This document shows positions 7,808 to 16,187 of a stretch of DNA of 64,000 bases, one piece after another; the stretch's first letter is position 1; each line of letters opens with the position of its first letter. The position numbers and the translations under genes are program-made. The notes beneath the pieces were generated by a model. It made no database searches. It saw only the letters and a list, made by a program, of their open reading frames with translations, and was not told where the DNA came from. Location: the IMG/VR virus record IMGVR_UViG_3300032038_000019, one strand, 5' to 3'. The DNA is from an uncultured virus (IMG/VR IMGVR_UViG_3300032038_000019). Its lineage: Duplodnaviria; Heunggongvirae; Uroviricota; Caudoviricetes.

Positions 7808-7900
7808 TTTTCTTTTTAAATTTTTTAGTAAAAATTAATATTTTGTGTGAAATTCTAAAATTTTCTTATAAATTACTGTTAGTTACCTTGCTTGACTTAT

Positions 7901-8077
7901 TTAATCTGTAGTTGTACTATCTTTTTTTTCACCAACAATCAAGTAACCAATCAATGCAAAGATGCCAAACAAAACACCCAATACAATAGCTAAGTTAGTG
8001 TTATAATTTTTCTTCTTAGCTAAGTAATAGCATCCATATGCCATCAAAGCCCAAACTATCAATTCTAATAAATCCAT
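7901..8077 (-). CDS. 58-aa two-TM membrane protein
   Basis: MDLLELIVWALMAYGCYYLAKKKNYNTNLAIVLGVLFGIFALIGYLIV...; absent from the supplied ORF track. Confidence 0.7.
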   Translation of the reverse strand: MDLLELIVWALMAYGCYYLAKKKNYNTNLAIVLGVLFGIFALIGYLIVGEKKDSTTTD

Positions 8078-8097
8078 ATGTTATTCTTTTTATGTAA

Positions 8098-8442
8098 TTA
8101 ATAAATCAAATTTTCAACTTTTTTTTTAGGCGACAATCTCCAAGTATATGTATATATAGAATGTGTACCATCAACGTCTGATTCCTTTATAAAAGATGTT
8201 TGAGCTGCATCTATGCCAATTTTATTTAATGTTTTATTCACCAATTTTACTGCATCCCAATTATAGCTAAAATCATCATCTTCAGATTTTACAGAAGCAA
8301 GATATGTGAATTTATTAGATTTTTCTAATAGGTTAAGTGATTTAACTTTTTCAGAAAGTTTCTTAATAAAAAAGCTTGTAATTTTAGGCATAGCTTTATC
8401 CAAATAATTTGGATAATAGTCTTGAATATATCTTGACATCAT
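8098..8442 (-). CDS. Hypothetical protein
   Basis: 114 aa ORF. Confidence 0.6.
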   Translation of the reverse strand: MMSRYIQDYYPNYLDKAMPKITSFFIKKLSEKVKSLNLLEKSNKFTYLASVKSEDDDFSYNWDAVKLVNKTLNKIGIDAAQTSFIKESDVDGTHSIYTYTWRLSPKKKVENLIY

Positions 8443-8462
8443 ATATAAATTTTATTGTTTAG

Positions 8463-8534
8463 TAGCCTATAGAGGAGTCGAACCTCTCTTTTCAGAATGA
8501 AAATCTGATGAACTAACCGATATTCGAATAGGCC
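8463..8534 (-). tRNA. tRNA-Glu(TTC)
   Basis: GGCCTAT/ATAGGCT, TCAGA-TTTTCAT-TCTGA. Confidence 0.93.
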
Positions 8535-8567
8535 AAAAATAAAATAGTTTTAAAGTTAATAATTTTA

Positions 8568-8690
8568 TTAGGAAACTATTTTTGTAGGCAGATGCTCTAA
8601 ACCTGCTGAGCTACTTCTTTAGAAAAAAAGGTGGGACTCGAACCCACGACATTCTGTTTGGTAAATAAACAATTGCTGTTCGTTTCCTTG
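8568..8690 (-). ncRNA. Y-RNA-like RNA enclosing a circularly permuted tRNA (copy F)
   Basis: CAAGGAAACGAACAGCAA, GTGGG-TTCGAGT-CCCAC, CTTTTTT-TCT-AAAGAAG, TA GCTC-AGCAGGTTTA-GAGC, then GTTTCCTAA; promoter box at 8708-8717 directly upstream. Confidence 0.8.
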
Positions 8691-8835
8691 TTTTACGTTA
8701 TTAACAATGCAAATATATAATTTTTATTTTGAAAAACCAAACTTTATTAAATATTTTTCTTTATTTATTAAAGTGATGATTCGTTTTAACAATGCAAATA
8801 TATAATTAATAATTTGATTTTCAAAACAGATTCAG

Positions 8836-9273
8836 CTAAAAAATGCTTAATTTTTCAGCATACTTGCGATACCATTTCTTACGTGGGTGCTCTTGCTGAA
8901 ATATATCAGTGGCTTCTGCAATACCATAAACATCTTGCGTCCACCCATATGTATTATCCCAAGTATTGCCAATTTTAAACCATTTACCTTGTACATTGTG
9001 ATTAATTATATCATTCACACGATGCACCATAAAATACTTGCCATCAAGTTTACAGAATACGCAATCACCAACTTTAACATCATCAATGCTAATTGGAGAA
9101 ATTTTACAATATTCCATATTTTTAATTACAGGATGCAAAGAGTCACCACCTTCCCAATGTACAACCGTTTTTCCCTCATCAAGGAACTTTTTAATACTTT
9201 CATATGATTGTACAACAGGAATTTCTTTACCTTCTATTTCAAGAGAAATAGGGTTATCAACAATTATACTCAT
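8836..9273 (-). CDS. S24/S26 peptidase-like domain protein
   Basis: GDSLHP...VKVGDCVF...MVHRV. Confidence 0.65.
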   Translation of the reverse strand: MSIIVDNPISLEIEGKEIPVVQSYESIKKFLDEGKTVVHWEGGDSLHPVIKNMEYCKISPISIDDVKVGDCVFCKLDGKYFMVHRVNDIINHNVQGKWFKIGNTWDNTYGWTQDVYGIAEATDIFQQEHPRKKWYRKYAEKLSIF

Positions 9274-9335
9274 TTATTTTCTTTTTTTTATGTTTATAGT
9301 TTTATATTTACTTTTTTTTTCTCTGAAAAATTTAA

Positions 9336-10388
9336 TTATGTATTATACATCATTCTATGGCTTAGCCTACCAAGACCTAAAAGAATTTCACGTTCTCTGT
9401 TAATCGGTACATTTCTATTAATTGACAAAACTACTCTAAACAAATCTTTAACAGAAACATTTTTTAAAACTTTTGGAGAAATTCCTACAAATCCATCTAT
9501 GAAACGTTTATCATTTTTATTTACTTTAATTGATGTATCAACTTCAATATAGATATTTCCATTACTGTCAACAATGTTAAACCCAAGACTTTCTTTGTCT
9601 TTTGCTACCATTCGATATCCCATAAATGCACCATTCACAAAAGCAGCTGTATAGTTATCCATACTTGGTATGGCTCGATTTAACCGAATATTTAAGCTTT
9701 TCGCAAAAGTTTCAGTAGAAATAAATCTTCCTTTAGGGTCTATTATTCCTGTATCATTGTAAGCGCCAAACCCATTTAACTTAATTAAAATTTTTCTGAT
9801 AGTGCCATCTACTCTTGATACTGGGTAAGTTGATAAATCATTTTCATCAATCAAAAGTTTGCCTTCAATTTGTTCTGTTGGCTCTTCTTCTAATTTATGA
9901 AACAACTCTTTATTTGATGGAAAAGGATAAACCTCTATTCCTTCTCTATAGTCAATACCTAAAAACTTGCAATCACTTCTGGTTAATGAAAATCTTGTCC
10001 TTGGCGAAGGTTCATCTTCTGTCCATCCACCTTTACCATTAGGGAATATTTCTTTAACCAAATAAGAATTTACTTCAATATCTTTTATTTTGTAAACAAC
10101 ACCTAATATTTTATAATATTTTTTAGGTAATTCTTCACCATCTACATTTGGTTTTTCCTCAACATATATATCATTAATTACAGTAGTTTTTGCTTTGGAA
10201 GCATCAGTTTGCTTTTTTGCTTCGTATGGGCTATTCGCATCAAGAATTGAAAAATCTTCATCATCCAATTCCATTAGTGATATGTTATTTCTTGGTATTT
10301 CTACCATTATATTTTGACTGTTTGCTTCCAATAGATTAAACTGTCGTCTTGGATTATTTATCATTAATAGTTGGTCTACAGTAGTCAT
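9336..10388 (-). CDS. Hypothetical protein
   Basis: 350 aa ORF directly downstream of telA. Confidence 0.75.
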   Translation of the reverse strand: MTTVDQLLMINNPRRQFNLLEANSQNIMVEIPRNNISLMELDDEDFSILDANSPYEAKKQTDASKAKTTVINDIYVEEKPNVDGEELPKKYYKILGVVYKIKDIEVNSYLVKEIFPNGKGGWTEDEPSPRTRFSLTRSDCKFLGIDYREGIEVYPFPSNKELFHKLEEEPTEQIEGKLLIDENDLSTYPVSRVDGTIRKILIKLNGFGAYNDTGIIDPKGRFISTETFAKSLNIRLNRAIPSMDNYTAAFVNGAFMGYRMVAKDKESLGFNIVDSNGNIYIEVDTSIKVNKNDKRFIDGFVGISPKVLKNVSVKDLFRVVLSINRNVPINREREILLGLGRLSHRMMYNT

Positions 10389-10390
10389 AA

Positions 10391-11707
10391 TTAACTATTG
10401 ATATATTTTGCTTCTATTGATTTTGCTGATGGTCTTGAATTTAGTACCACTTGCTCAGTACCACTTGCAATACTTTCAATTTCAAGATTCATTTTAGCAA
10501 GTTCTTTCTCTTGTTCCTTGCGTTTTGCTGCACCTTGTTCACAAATCTTCTGAGCATCACGCATTGTAGCAAGAAGACGTTCCTGTGTATGACGAAGTGT
10601 GTCCATACGTACAACTGTATTTTCAGTTTGCTCACGTACAGCAACAACTGCATCGTGCGTCATATCAGCATTACGAGCGAGAATATCATTAAATCCTTGC
10701 TGAACCACATCAACAACCTTAATGCCTTGCTGAAGATTATAAAGTGCAACTGCTTCTGATAATTGATGGCGAAGCATTGGCATCATATTATCAATTGTTT
10801 GCTGAACATTGTTGCTAAGTGATATGTTAGCCTTCTGAATTTCACGAATTCGATACAATGACTGCATAAATGTTGTACGCCAAGTCAGCATATTTGTAAG
10901 TCGAAGGTCAAGGTCATGCTTGAAATCTTTTACATCTGAAATTTGAATTGGTGTGTATTGGTCTTGATGAGCTTCCATTTCATCAATGACAATTTGTATT
11001 TCATTGGACTTATTCTTACCAGCAACAATAAATTTTTCAAGAAGCCCAATGTAATCGTTAGTGTCTTCAAATTGGCCTTGAAGCATTTTATTATCAGCTT
11101 TAGCTTTAATATTAACTGCATGTAGATTATCTTCACACTTTTCAACGGTTGTTTCAAGTGAATCATATTTAGCCATAAACTTTTCCACACTATTGAAAAG
11201 TTTATTAACGATTGGAATATTTCTAATAATTCGTTCAATCTTACTTGGTGACTTAATTTCGCTAATATCAATTTTACTGATTTGAGACATCATTTCTTTA
11301 AGAATTGCTTCAGTCTCAGCGCCAACTTTAGATGTTCGAGATGTTGAAAGCAAAGCCTTACTTGTATCATTCATTGCTTTCTGTAATTCAGAACCAAAAT
11401 TTGTGACAGTATTAATATCATGCATATTAAGTTTACTACCAATTGCAACAAGCTCGTTCTTTTGAGCTTCTGAAAGGGACGATAAATCAATATTGCCTGT
11501 GTTTACAATTGCTGACAAAGATTTAGATTTAACATCGGTTTCTGGCATTATAGTTGAAGGAACATTATCTTTTGGAGCTATTTGAGCAAGAATATCATCC
11601 TTGCTTCTAATAGTCTTAATAGAAGGTGCTTTCTTCTTTCCCTTTGCTTTCGCCACCTTTATCTCTTCAACTTCTGTATCAATAATTGTTTCTGTTATTG
11701 TAGCCAT
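10391..11707 (-). CDS. telA: Toxic anion resistance protein (TelA/KlaB family)
   Basis: V.NFG.E.Q, F..KY.S, DN.ML, L..R...M and IR.IQ.AN..L patterns; helical. Confidence 0.8.
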   Translation of the reverse strand: MATITETIIDTEVEEIKVAKAKGKKKAPSIKTIRSKDDILAQIAPKDNVPSTIMPETDVKSKSLSAIVNTGNIDLSSLSEAQKNELVAIGSKLNMHDINTVTNFGSELQKAMNDTSKALLSTSRTSKVGAETEAILKEMMSQISKIDISEIKSPSKIERIIRNIPIVNKLFNSVEKFMAKYDSLETTVEKCEDNLHAVNIKAKADNKMLQGQFEDTNDYIGLLEKFIVAGKNKSNEIQIVIDEMEAHQDQYTPIQISDVKDFKHDLDLRLTNMLTWRTTFMQSLYRIREIQKANISLSNNVQQTIDNMMPMLRHQLSEAVALYNLQQGIKVVDVVQQGFNDILARNADMTHDAVVAVREQTENTVVRMDTLRHTQERLLATMRDAQKICEQGAAKRKEQEKELAKMNLEIESIASGTEQVVLNSRPSAKSIEAKYINS

Positions 11708-11893
11708 TTTTAAAAAATTATATTTGGTTGTTAATAATTTACATTTTAGCTTTTCGTAGGCAAATATATATATAATATTTTATTAAAACAAATATTTATA
11801 TTAAATAAAAGTTAATTAATATAATATTATATATAATATATTAATAATATTAATTAAATTAATAAAAATTAAATATATTAAAATATATAAATA

Positions 11894-12421
11894 ATGGCTG
11901 ACTACACTAAATTAGCTCCATTTATTTGCAAATGGGAAGGCGGAGACAAATACACTGATGACCCTGTTGATAGAGGTGGTGCTACTAAATATGGTATTAC
12001 TTTAGAAACTTGGAAAAATGTAGGGTATGATAAAAACAAAGATGGCAAAATTGATAAAAAAGATGTTATGTTATTGTCTTATGAAGATTTTTTAAAAGTT
12101 TTTAAAAAGAATTTTTGGGATAAATGGCAAGGAGATAAAATAAAAAATCAATCAGTTGCAAATATCGTTGTTGATTGGTTGTGGGGAAGTGGAAAATGGG
12201 GAATAATCTACCCTCAAAGAATACTTGGTGTTAAAGATGACGGAAAGGTAGGTCCAAAAACCATTGACGCTATCAATAAAGTAAATCCTAAAGAATTTTT
12301 TGAAAAAGTTAAAAAATCAAGGATTCAATTTTATCAAAACATTGTTAAAAATAACCCATCACAAAAAAAATTTATAAAAGGGTGGACTAATAGAGCTAAT
12401 GCATTAAAATTTGAAGAGTAA
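11894..12421 (+). CDS. GH108 muramidase (endolysin) with peptidoglycan-binding domain
   Basis: WEGG, DP.DRGGATKYGIT, DGKVGPKT, F.KGW.NR. Confidence 0.92.
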   Translation: MADYTKLAPFICKWEGGDKYTDDPVDRGGATKYGITLETWKNVGYDKNKDGKIDKKDVMLLSYEDFLKVFKKNFWDKWQGDKIKNQSVANIVVDWLWGSGKWGIIYPQRILGVKDDGKVGPKTIDAINKVNPKEFFEKVKKSRIQFYQNIVKNNPSQKKFIKGWTNRANALKFEE

Positions 12422-12523
12422 AAAATATTTACATCATGGACTATAAAGAATTGAACAAATGGTTTATTGAAATTGAAAAAAGAGACAAAAAGCTAATTTG
12501 TAAAATGTTAAAGAAAAAATAAA

Positions 12524-12557
12524 AAAAGCAAATACCAAATATTTGGTATTTGCTTTT
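12524..12557. terminator. Bidirectional terminator
   Basis: Perfect palindrome AAAAGCAAATACCAAAT|ATTTGGTATTTGCTTTT between convergent genes. Confidence 0.8.
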
Positions 12558-12567
12558 CAGCATTTTG

Positions 12568-13014
12568 TTAGAATGGTAAATCATCATCTTCAGCTGCTTG
12601 TGTGTAAACTGTTGCTGCCTTTGGAGGATTAAGTTTACCCGTAGTAATAGCAGTGGCTGGATTAGTTTCTGACTGCTGAACAGACGCAGTAGAACTTTCA
12701 TTTGCAGTTTGACCGCTTCCAATGCTTACAAATTCAAGGCTTACTGCATTAACGTCTCTCGCTACTTGAGTACTGCCATTCTTATCTTGATAAGTCCTAA
12801 CAGTTTCAGTACCAATAACATTTACCATTTTTCCCTTCTTAAGCCATTCAGCCATTTTAACATTGTTAGAGTTAACCCGAAGCCAAGTTGTACCTCTTTC
12901 ACCGTTTTTGAATTCATCAGTTGCTAAACTGAATGACAAGAATTGACCTTTTTGTCCATTAATAACCTCAGCATCTTTACCAAGTCTACCTACTACATTT
13001 ACATTAACTGGCAT
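12568..13014 (-). CDS. ssb: Single-stranded DNA-binding protein
   Basis: VVGRLGKDAE, FSLAT, TTW, L.KG..V.V.G, acidic tail DDDLPF. Confidence 0.95.
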   Translation of the reverse strand: MPVNVNVVGRLGKDAEVINGQKGQFLSFSLATDEFKNGERGTTWLRVNSNNVKMAEWLKKGKMVNVIGTETVRTYQDKNGSTQVARDVNAVSLEFVSIGSGQTANESSTASVQQSETNPATAITTGKLNPPKAATVYTQAAEDDDLPF

Positions 13015-13025
13015 AATTTAATTTT

Positions 13026-13286
13026 TTAATTAATTGTTTTTAAAAATATTTGTTTGTTGTCAAGAAGTCTCCACCCTTTAGATACCATATTTTCTAAATC
13101 AGATTCAGATAAATTAGATTCAGACAAATCATCGTATGTTATTTGATAATAATACGTTTGATTATCTTCATTCATTTGCAATGATAATTTAACCTTATCA
13201 TTAATATTAGCTATATCATCTAATTTAAAATCTTTGTTACCTTTAGGGCTTTTGGATATAATGTCTTTTGCTTTATTAATATCCAT
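13026..13286 (-). CDS. Hypothetical protein
   Basis: Likely start MDINK, downstream of the promoter box at 13308. Confidence 0.6.
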   Translation of the reverse strand: MDINKAKDIISKSPKGNKDFKLDDIANINDKVKLSLQMNEDNQTYYYQITYDDLSESNLSESDLENMVSKGWRLLDNKQIFLKTIN

Positions 13287-13376
13287 ACTTACATATTTTT
13301 TTAACAATGCAAATATATATTAAAATTAATAAAAAACAAAAAAACCCAAGCAAAAAATGCTTGGGCTTTTAAAAAA

Positions 13377-13613
13377 TTATTTAGTTTCTTTTTCATTAGG
13401 TATACTTTCACCTTCAATTATTTTTTTATTCTTTTCGTCAAAATAGTTTTTAAGGTTTTTAAGTCCTATAACGCCAGCTATAATGGCAAATACACCAAAA
13501 ATAGTTTTACCTGAAGGTATAAAATCCTTTAATAATTGAAAAATAACATCTAATATAGCAACGCAGATAGCGACTTGCACTAAAAATAAACATACTGACC
13601 ACATAAAATCCAT
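13377..13613 (-). CDS. Two-TM membrane protein
   Basis: Two hydrophobic segments. Confidence 0.65.
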   Translation of the reverse strand: MDFMWSVCLFLVQVAICVAILDVIFQLLKDFIPSGKTIFGVFAIIAGVIGLKNLKNYFDEKNKKIIEGESIPNEKETK

Positions 13614-13693
13614 AACTTATATTATTATTTTAATTTATATGATAAATATAATATATTTTTTTTATAATGCAAAATCACTAACGTTAAATAAAG

Positions 13694-14590
13694 TTAACAA
13701 ACTATTTTTCCACTGAAAGGGTCAATGACTAATGGTGCATGTTTGCGCTTATATTCTGTTCGCAAATTACGATGTGCAACACCGTCTACAATTGTTTTAC
13801 CGTATTTACCATACAAATCAATATAAGGCTTGAAATCGTGTTTTCCGTCCAATACATCCCTTCTTTTTTCAAAAGGGATTTGAAGCCAACATTCTAATAT
13901 TTCATCGACTTGTGCATAGGTAAGTCCTGGTGCTATTTGGTCCAAATCTGATTTAGATACGCCATTTCCATCAGTAGGTGTAATATCAATTGCGTGTTGA
14001 AATGCGTCTGCGTGTTCCTTTTTGTTATCACGAAGCCATTCTGCAAGTTGATATAATTCGTGCTTCCACAAGCCACCAATAGGGTTTACATCGCCTTCAT
14101 CACCATGCTTGGTCCAAAAGCCAGTATAATGCTCAGTGAGATTGTCAGTGTCAAGAACAATTCCTCCAAGAACGCCTGCATAATGGTATAATGTTTCCAT
14201 CCTAATACGTGCTTTAATATTTCCTTCGGCAATTGGCGTTGTTAATAGACTCTTGATAGGTTTTTTAGCTTCAAAAAATTTTGAAGTTGTTTCATATAGT
14301 GTTTCTATATTAATGATTTTATAAACACTACACATCTTTCCAGCAAGATTTGCAGAATCATTTTCTTCTTGTTTATTAGTATTACAAGGCAAAGATAATC
14401 CAATCAAAGGAATACCAACAATTTTTGCTGCGTCCTGTGCGATTGATGCTACAATTGTAGAATCTAAACCACCACTAATACCCAATACAAATGCATTAAG
14501 TTTATTTTCTACTGCATAATCTGCAAGACCTTGCACCATATTATGGTACAAAGTCTTATAATCTAAATTATTTTCGTGTATTATTTTCAT
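13694..14590 (-). CDS. nadE: NH3-dependent NAD+ synthetase
   Basis: LGISGGLDS, GNIKARIRM, TDN.TE...GFWTKHGD, PIGGLWK, PTDG. Confidence 0.93.
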   Translation of the reverse strand: MKIIHENNLDYKTLYHNMVQGLADYAVENKLNAFVLGISGGLDSTIVASIAQDAAKIVGIPLIGLSLPCNTNKQEENDSANLAGKMCSVYKIINIETLYETTSKFFEAKKPIKSLLTTPIAEGNIKARIRMETLYHYAGVLGGIVLDTDNLTEHYTGFWTKHGDEGDVNPIGGLWKHELYQLAEWLRDNKKEHADAFQHAIDITPTDGNGVSKSDLDQIAPGLTYAQVDEILECWLQIPFEKRRDVLDGKHDFKPYIDLYGKYGKTIVDGVAHRNLRTEYKRKHAPLVIDPFSGKIVC

Positions 14591-15870
14591 ACTCTCACTA
14601 AAACGTGTTTTTTCTTACCTTTCTGAATAAGCATTGTATTATTGCTTAATAACATTGTAGGTGAAATTGTCAATTTAGAATCTGCAATTTTGTTTTTATT
14701 AATTGAAATTGCGCCACTTGTAATTAATTTTCTAAGCTCAGTCTTAGACCCAAGTTTTACAACATCGCACAGGAAGTCGAGAATAGGTGTTCCATTTACG
14801 TCTTCAATTTTAGTATCAACTTTAGGTACATCACGCATAATAGCATTAAATGTACTGCTATCAAGATTTTCCAAATCTTCAGTACTTGACTTTCCGAAAA
14901 GGATGTTTGAAGCTGCAACTGCTTTATTAAAAGCGTCTTCACCGTGTACCATACTTGTTACATCGTGTGCAAGTGTTTTCTGAAGAAGTCTTTTTTCTGG
15001 TGCCTTTTTATGTTCATCAATCAAAGACTGTATTTCTTCAATTGAACGATTCACCAAAAACATCTTCGAAAATTTTTCAGCATCAGCATCAGTTTGATTA
15101 ATCCAAAACTGCATGAATTCATATGGTGATGTTTTCTTTTCATCAAGCCATACAGTGTTTCCTTCAGTTTTTCCAAACTTACGTCCATCAGCAGTTGTAA
15201 TCAAATCCCAAGTAAGTCCGCAACAATCAGTTGTTCCATCCATCTTACGAAGTAAATCAATACCTGTTACAATATTTCCGAGATTATCAGTACCACCAAT
15301 TTGAAGCTTGCAATTATATGCTCTATTCAAATGAACAAAATCGTAGCCTTGCATAATTCCATAAATGAACTCTTGGCAAGAAATACCATTACCGTCACGT
15401 TCAAGACGTTTTTTTACGTTATCTTTAGCCATAAGGTAATTAACAGTAATCTTTTTACCAACTTCACGCATAAAATCAAGGAAACTAAAATCCTTCATCC
15501 AATCGTAGTTATTAAGCATTACTGCGCTATTAGCTTCTTTTGTATCGAAATCAATGATTTTTGAAATTTGATTCTTCACACATTCAACATTATGGAAAAC
15601 ATCTTCCATTGTAATTGATTTGCGCTCTTCACTCTTACCAGATGGGTCTCCAATTGCACAAGTTGCACCACCAACAAGAATAATTGGCTTATGGCCATAT
15701 TTCTGCATAATTTTAGACACCATTAAGCCAATAATGTGATGGACTCCAAGTGAATCTGCTGTAGGGTCAATTCCCAAATAGAACGTTGTTGGGGTTGAAA
15801 AAAGTTCTTTAAGATTACCACTTGTTTGAGAAATCAAACCTCTCCATTTTAATTCGTCAATAAGATTCAT
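14587..15870 (-). CDS. tyrS: Tyrosyl-tRNA synthetase (divergent HIGH motif)
   Basis: YLGIDPTADSL, GGAT..IGDPSGK, NNYDW, MQGYDF, QIGG.D..GNI, KFGKT, C-terminal S4 domain. Confidence 0.95.
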   Translation of the reverse strand: MNLIDELKWRGLISQTSGNLKELFSTPTTFYLGIDPTADSLGVHHIIGLMVSKIMQKYGHKPIILVGGATCAIGDPSGKSEERKSITMEDVFHNVECVKNQISKIIDFDTKEANSAVMLNNYDWMKDFSFLDFMREVGKKITVNYLMAKDNVKKRLERDGNGISCQEFIYGIMQGYDFVHLNRAYNCKLQIGGTDNLGNIVTGIDLLRKMDGTTDCCGLTWDLITTADGRKFGKTEGNTVWLDEKKTSPYEFMQFWINQTDADAEKFSKMFLVNRSIEEIQSLIDEHKKAPEKRLLQKTLAHDVTSMVHGEDAFNKAVAASNILFGKSSTEDLENLDSSTFNAIMRDVPKVDTKIEDVNGTPILDFLCDVVKLGSKTELRKLITSGAISINKNKIADSKLTISPTMLLSNNTMLIQKGKKKHVLVRV

Positions 15871-16140
15871 TTAATTATTTTTTTAATTTACATTAATTAC
15901 TACTGCACTACAATCACTATCTTTCACCTTAGTGATAAGTAAATCATATTCCTCTTTAGATAAAAAACATCTTTTTTCTTTTTTAGTCTTGAATGGAGTA
16001 CCACTCCAAGGTTCTCTATTCTTATGCTTCTTATGTTTATGCCTTCTATAAAACATTATTTATATGTTATTGTTATGTTGCAAATATATATATAAATTTT
16101 TGAGTAAGAAAAAAAATAATGTTAATAAAGTGTAAAAAAA

Positions 16141-16168
16141 AAGGTGACTGAAATAAATCAGTCACCTT
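16141..16168 (-). terminator. Intrinsic terminator
   Basis: AAGGTGACTGA/TCAGTCACCTT stem plus T-tract on the minus strand. Confidence 0.8.
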
Positions 16169-16187
16169 GTACTCACCGTTTATGATG

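Noticed and set aside
1850..8690. ACAGCAA repeats as a CRISPR array, MITE ends or att sites
   Set aside because: Copies are dispersed with irregular spacing, show no target-site duplication, and no cas, transposase or integrase gene is present; covarying stems and tRNA-like contents fit RNA genes better
11780..11893. Near-pure AT tract as replication origin (also 48330-48420)
   Set aside because: Both are divergent-promoter intergenic regions with no iterons visible; nothing beyond composition supports an origin
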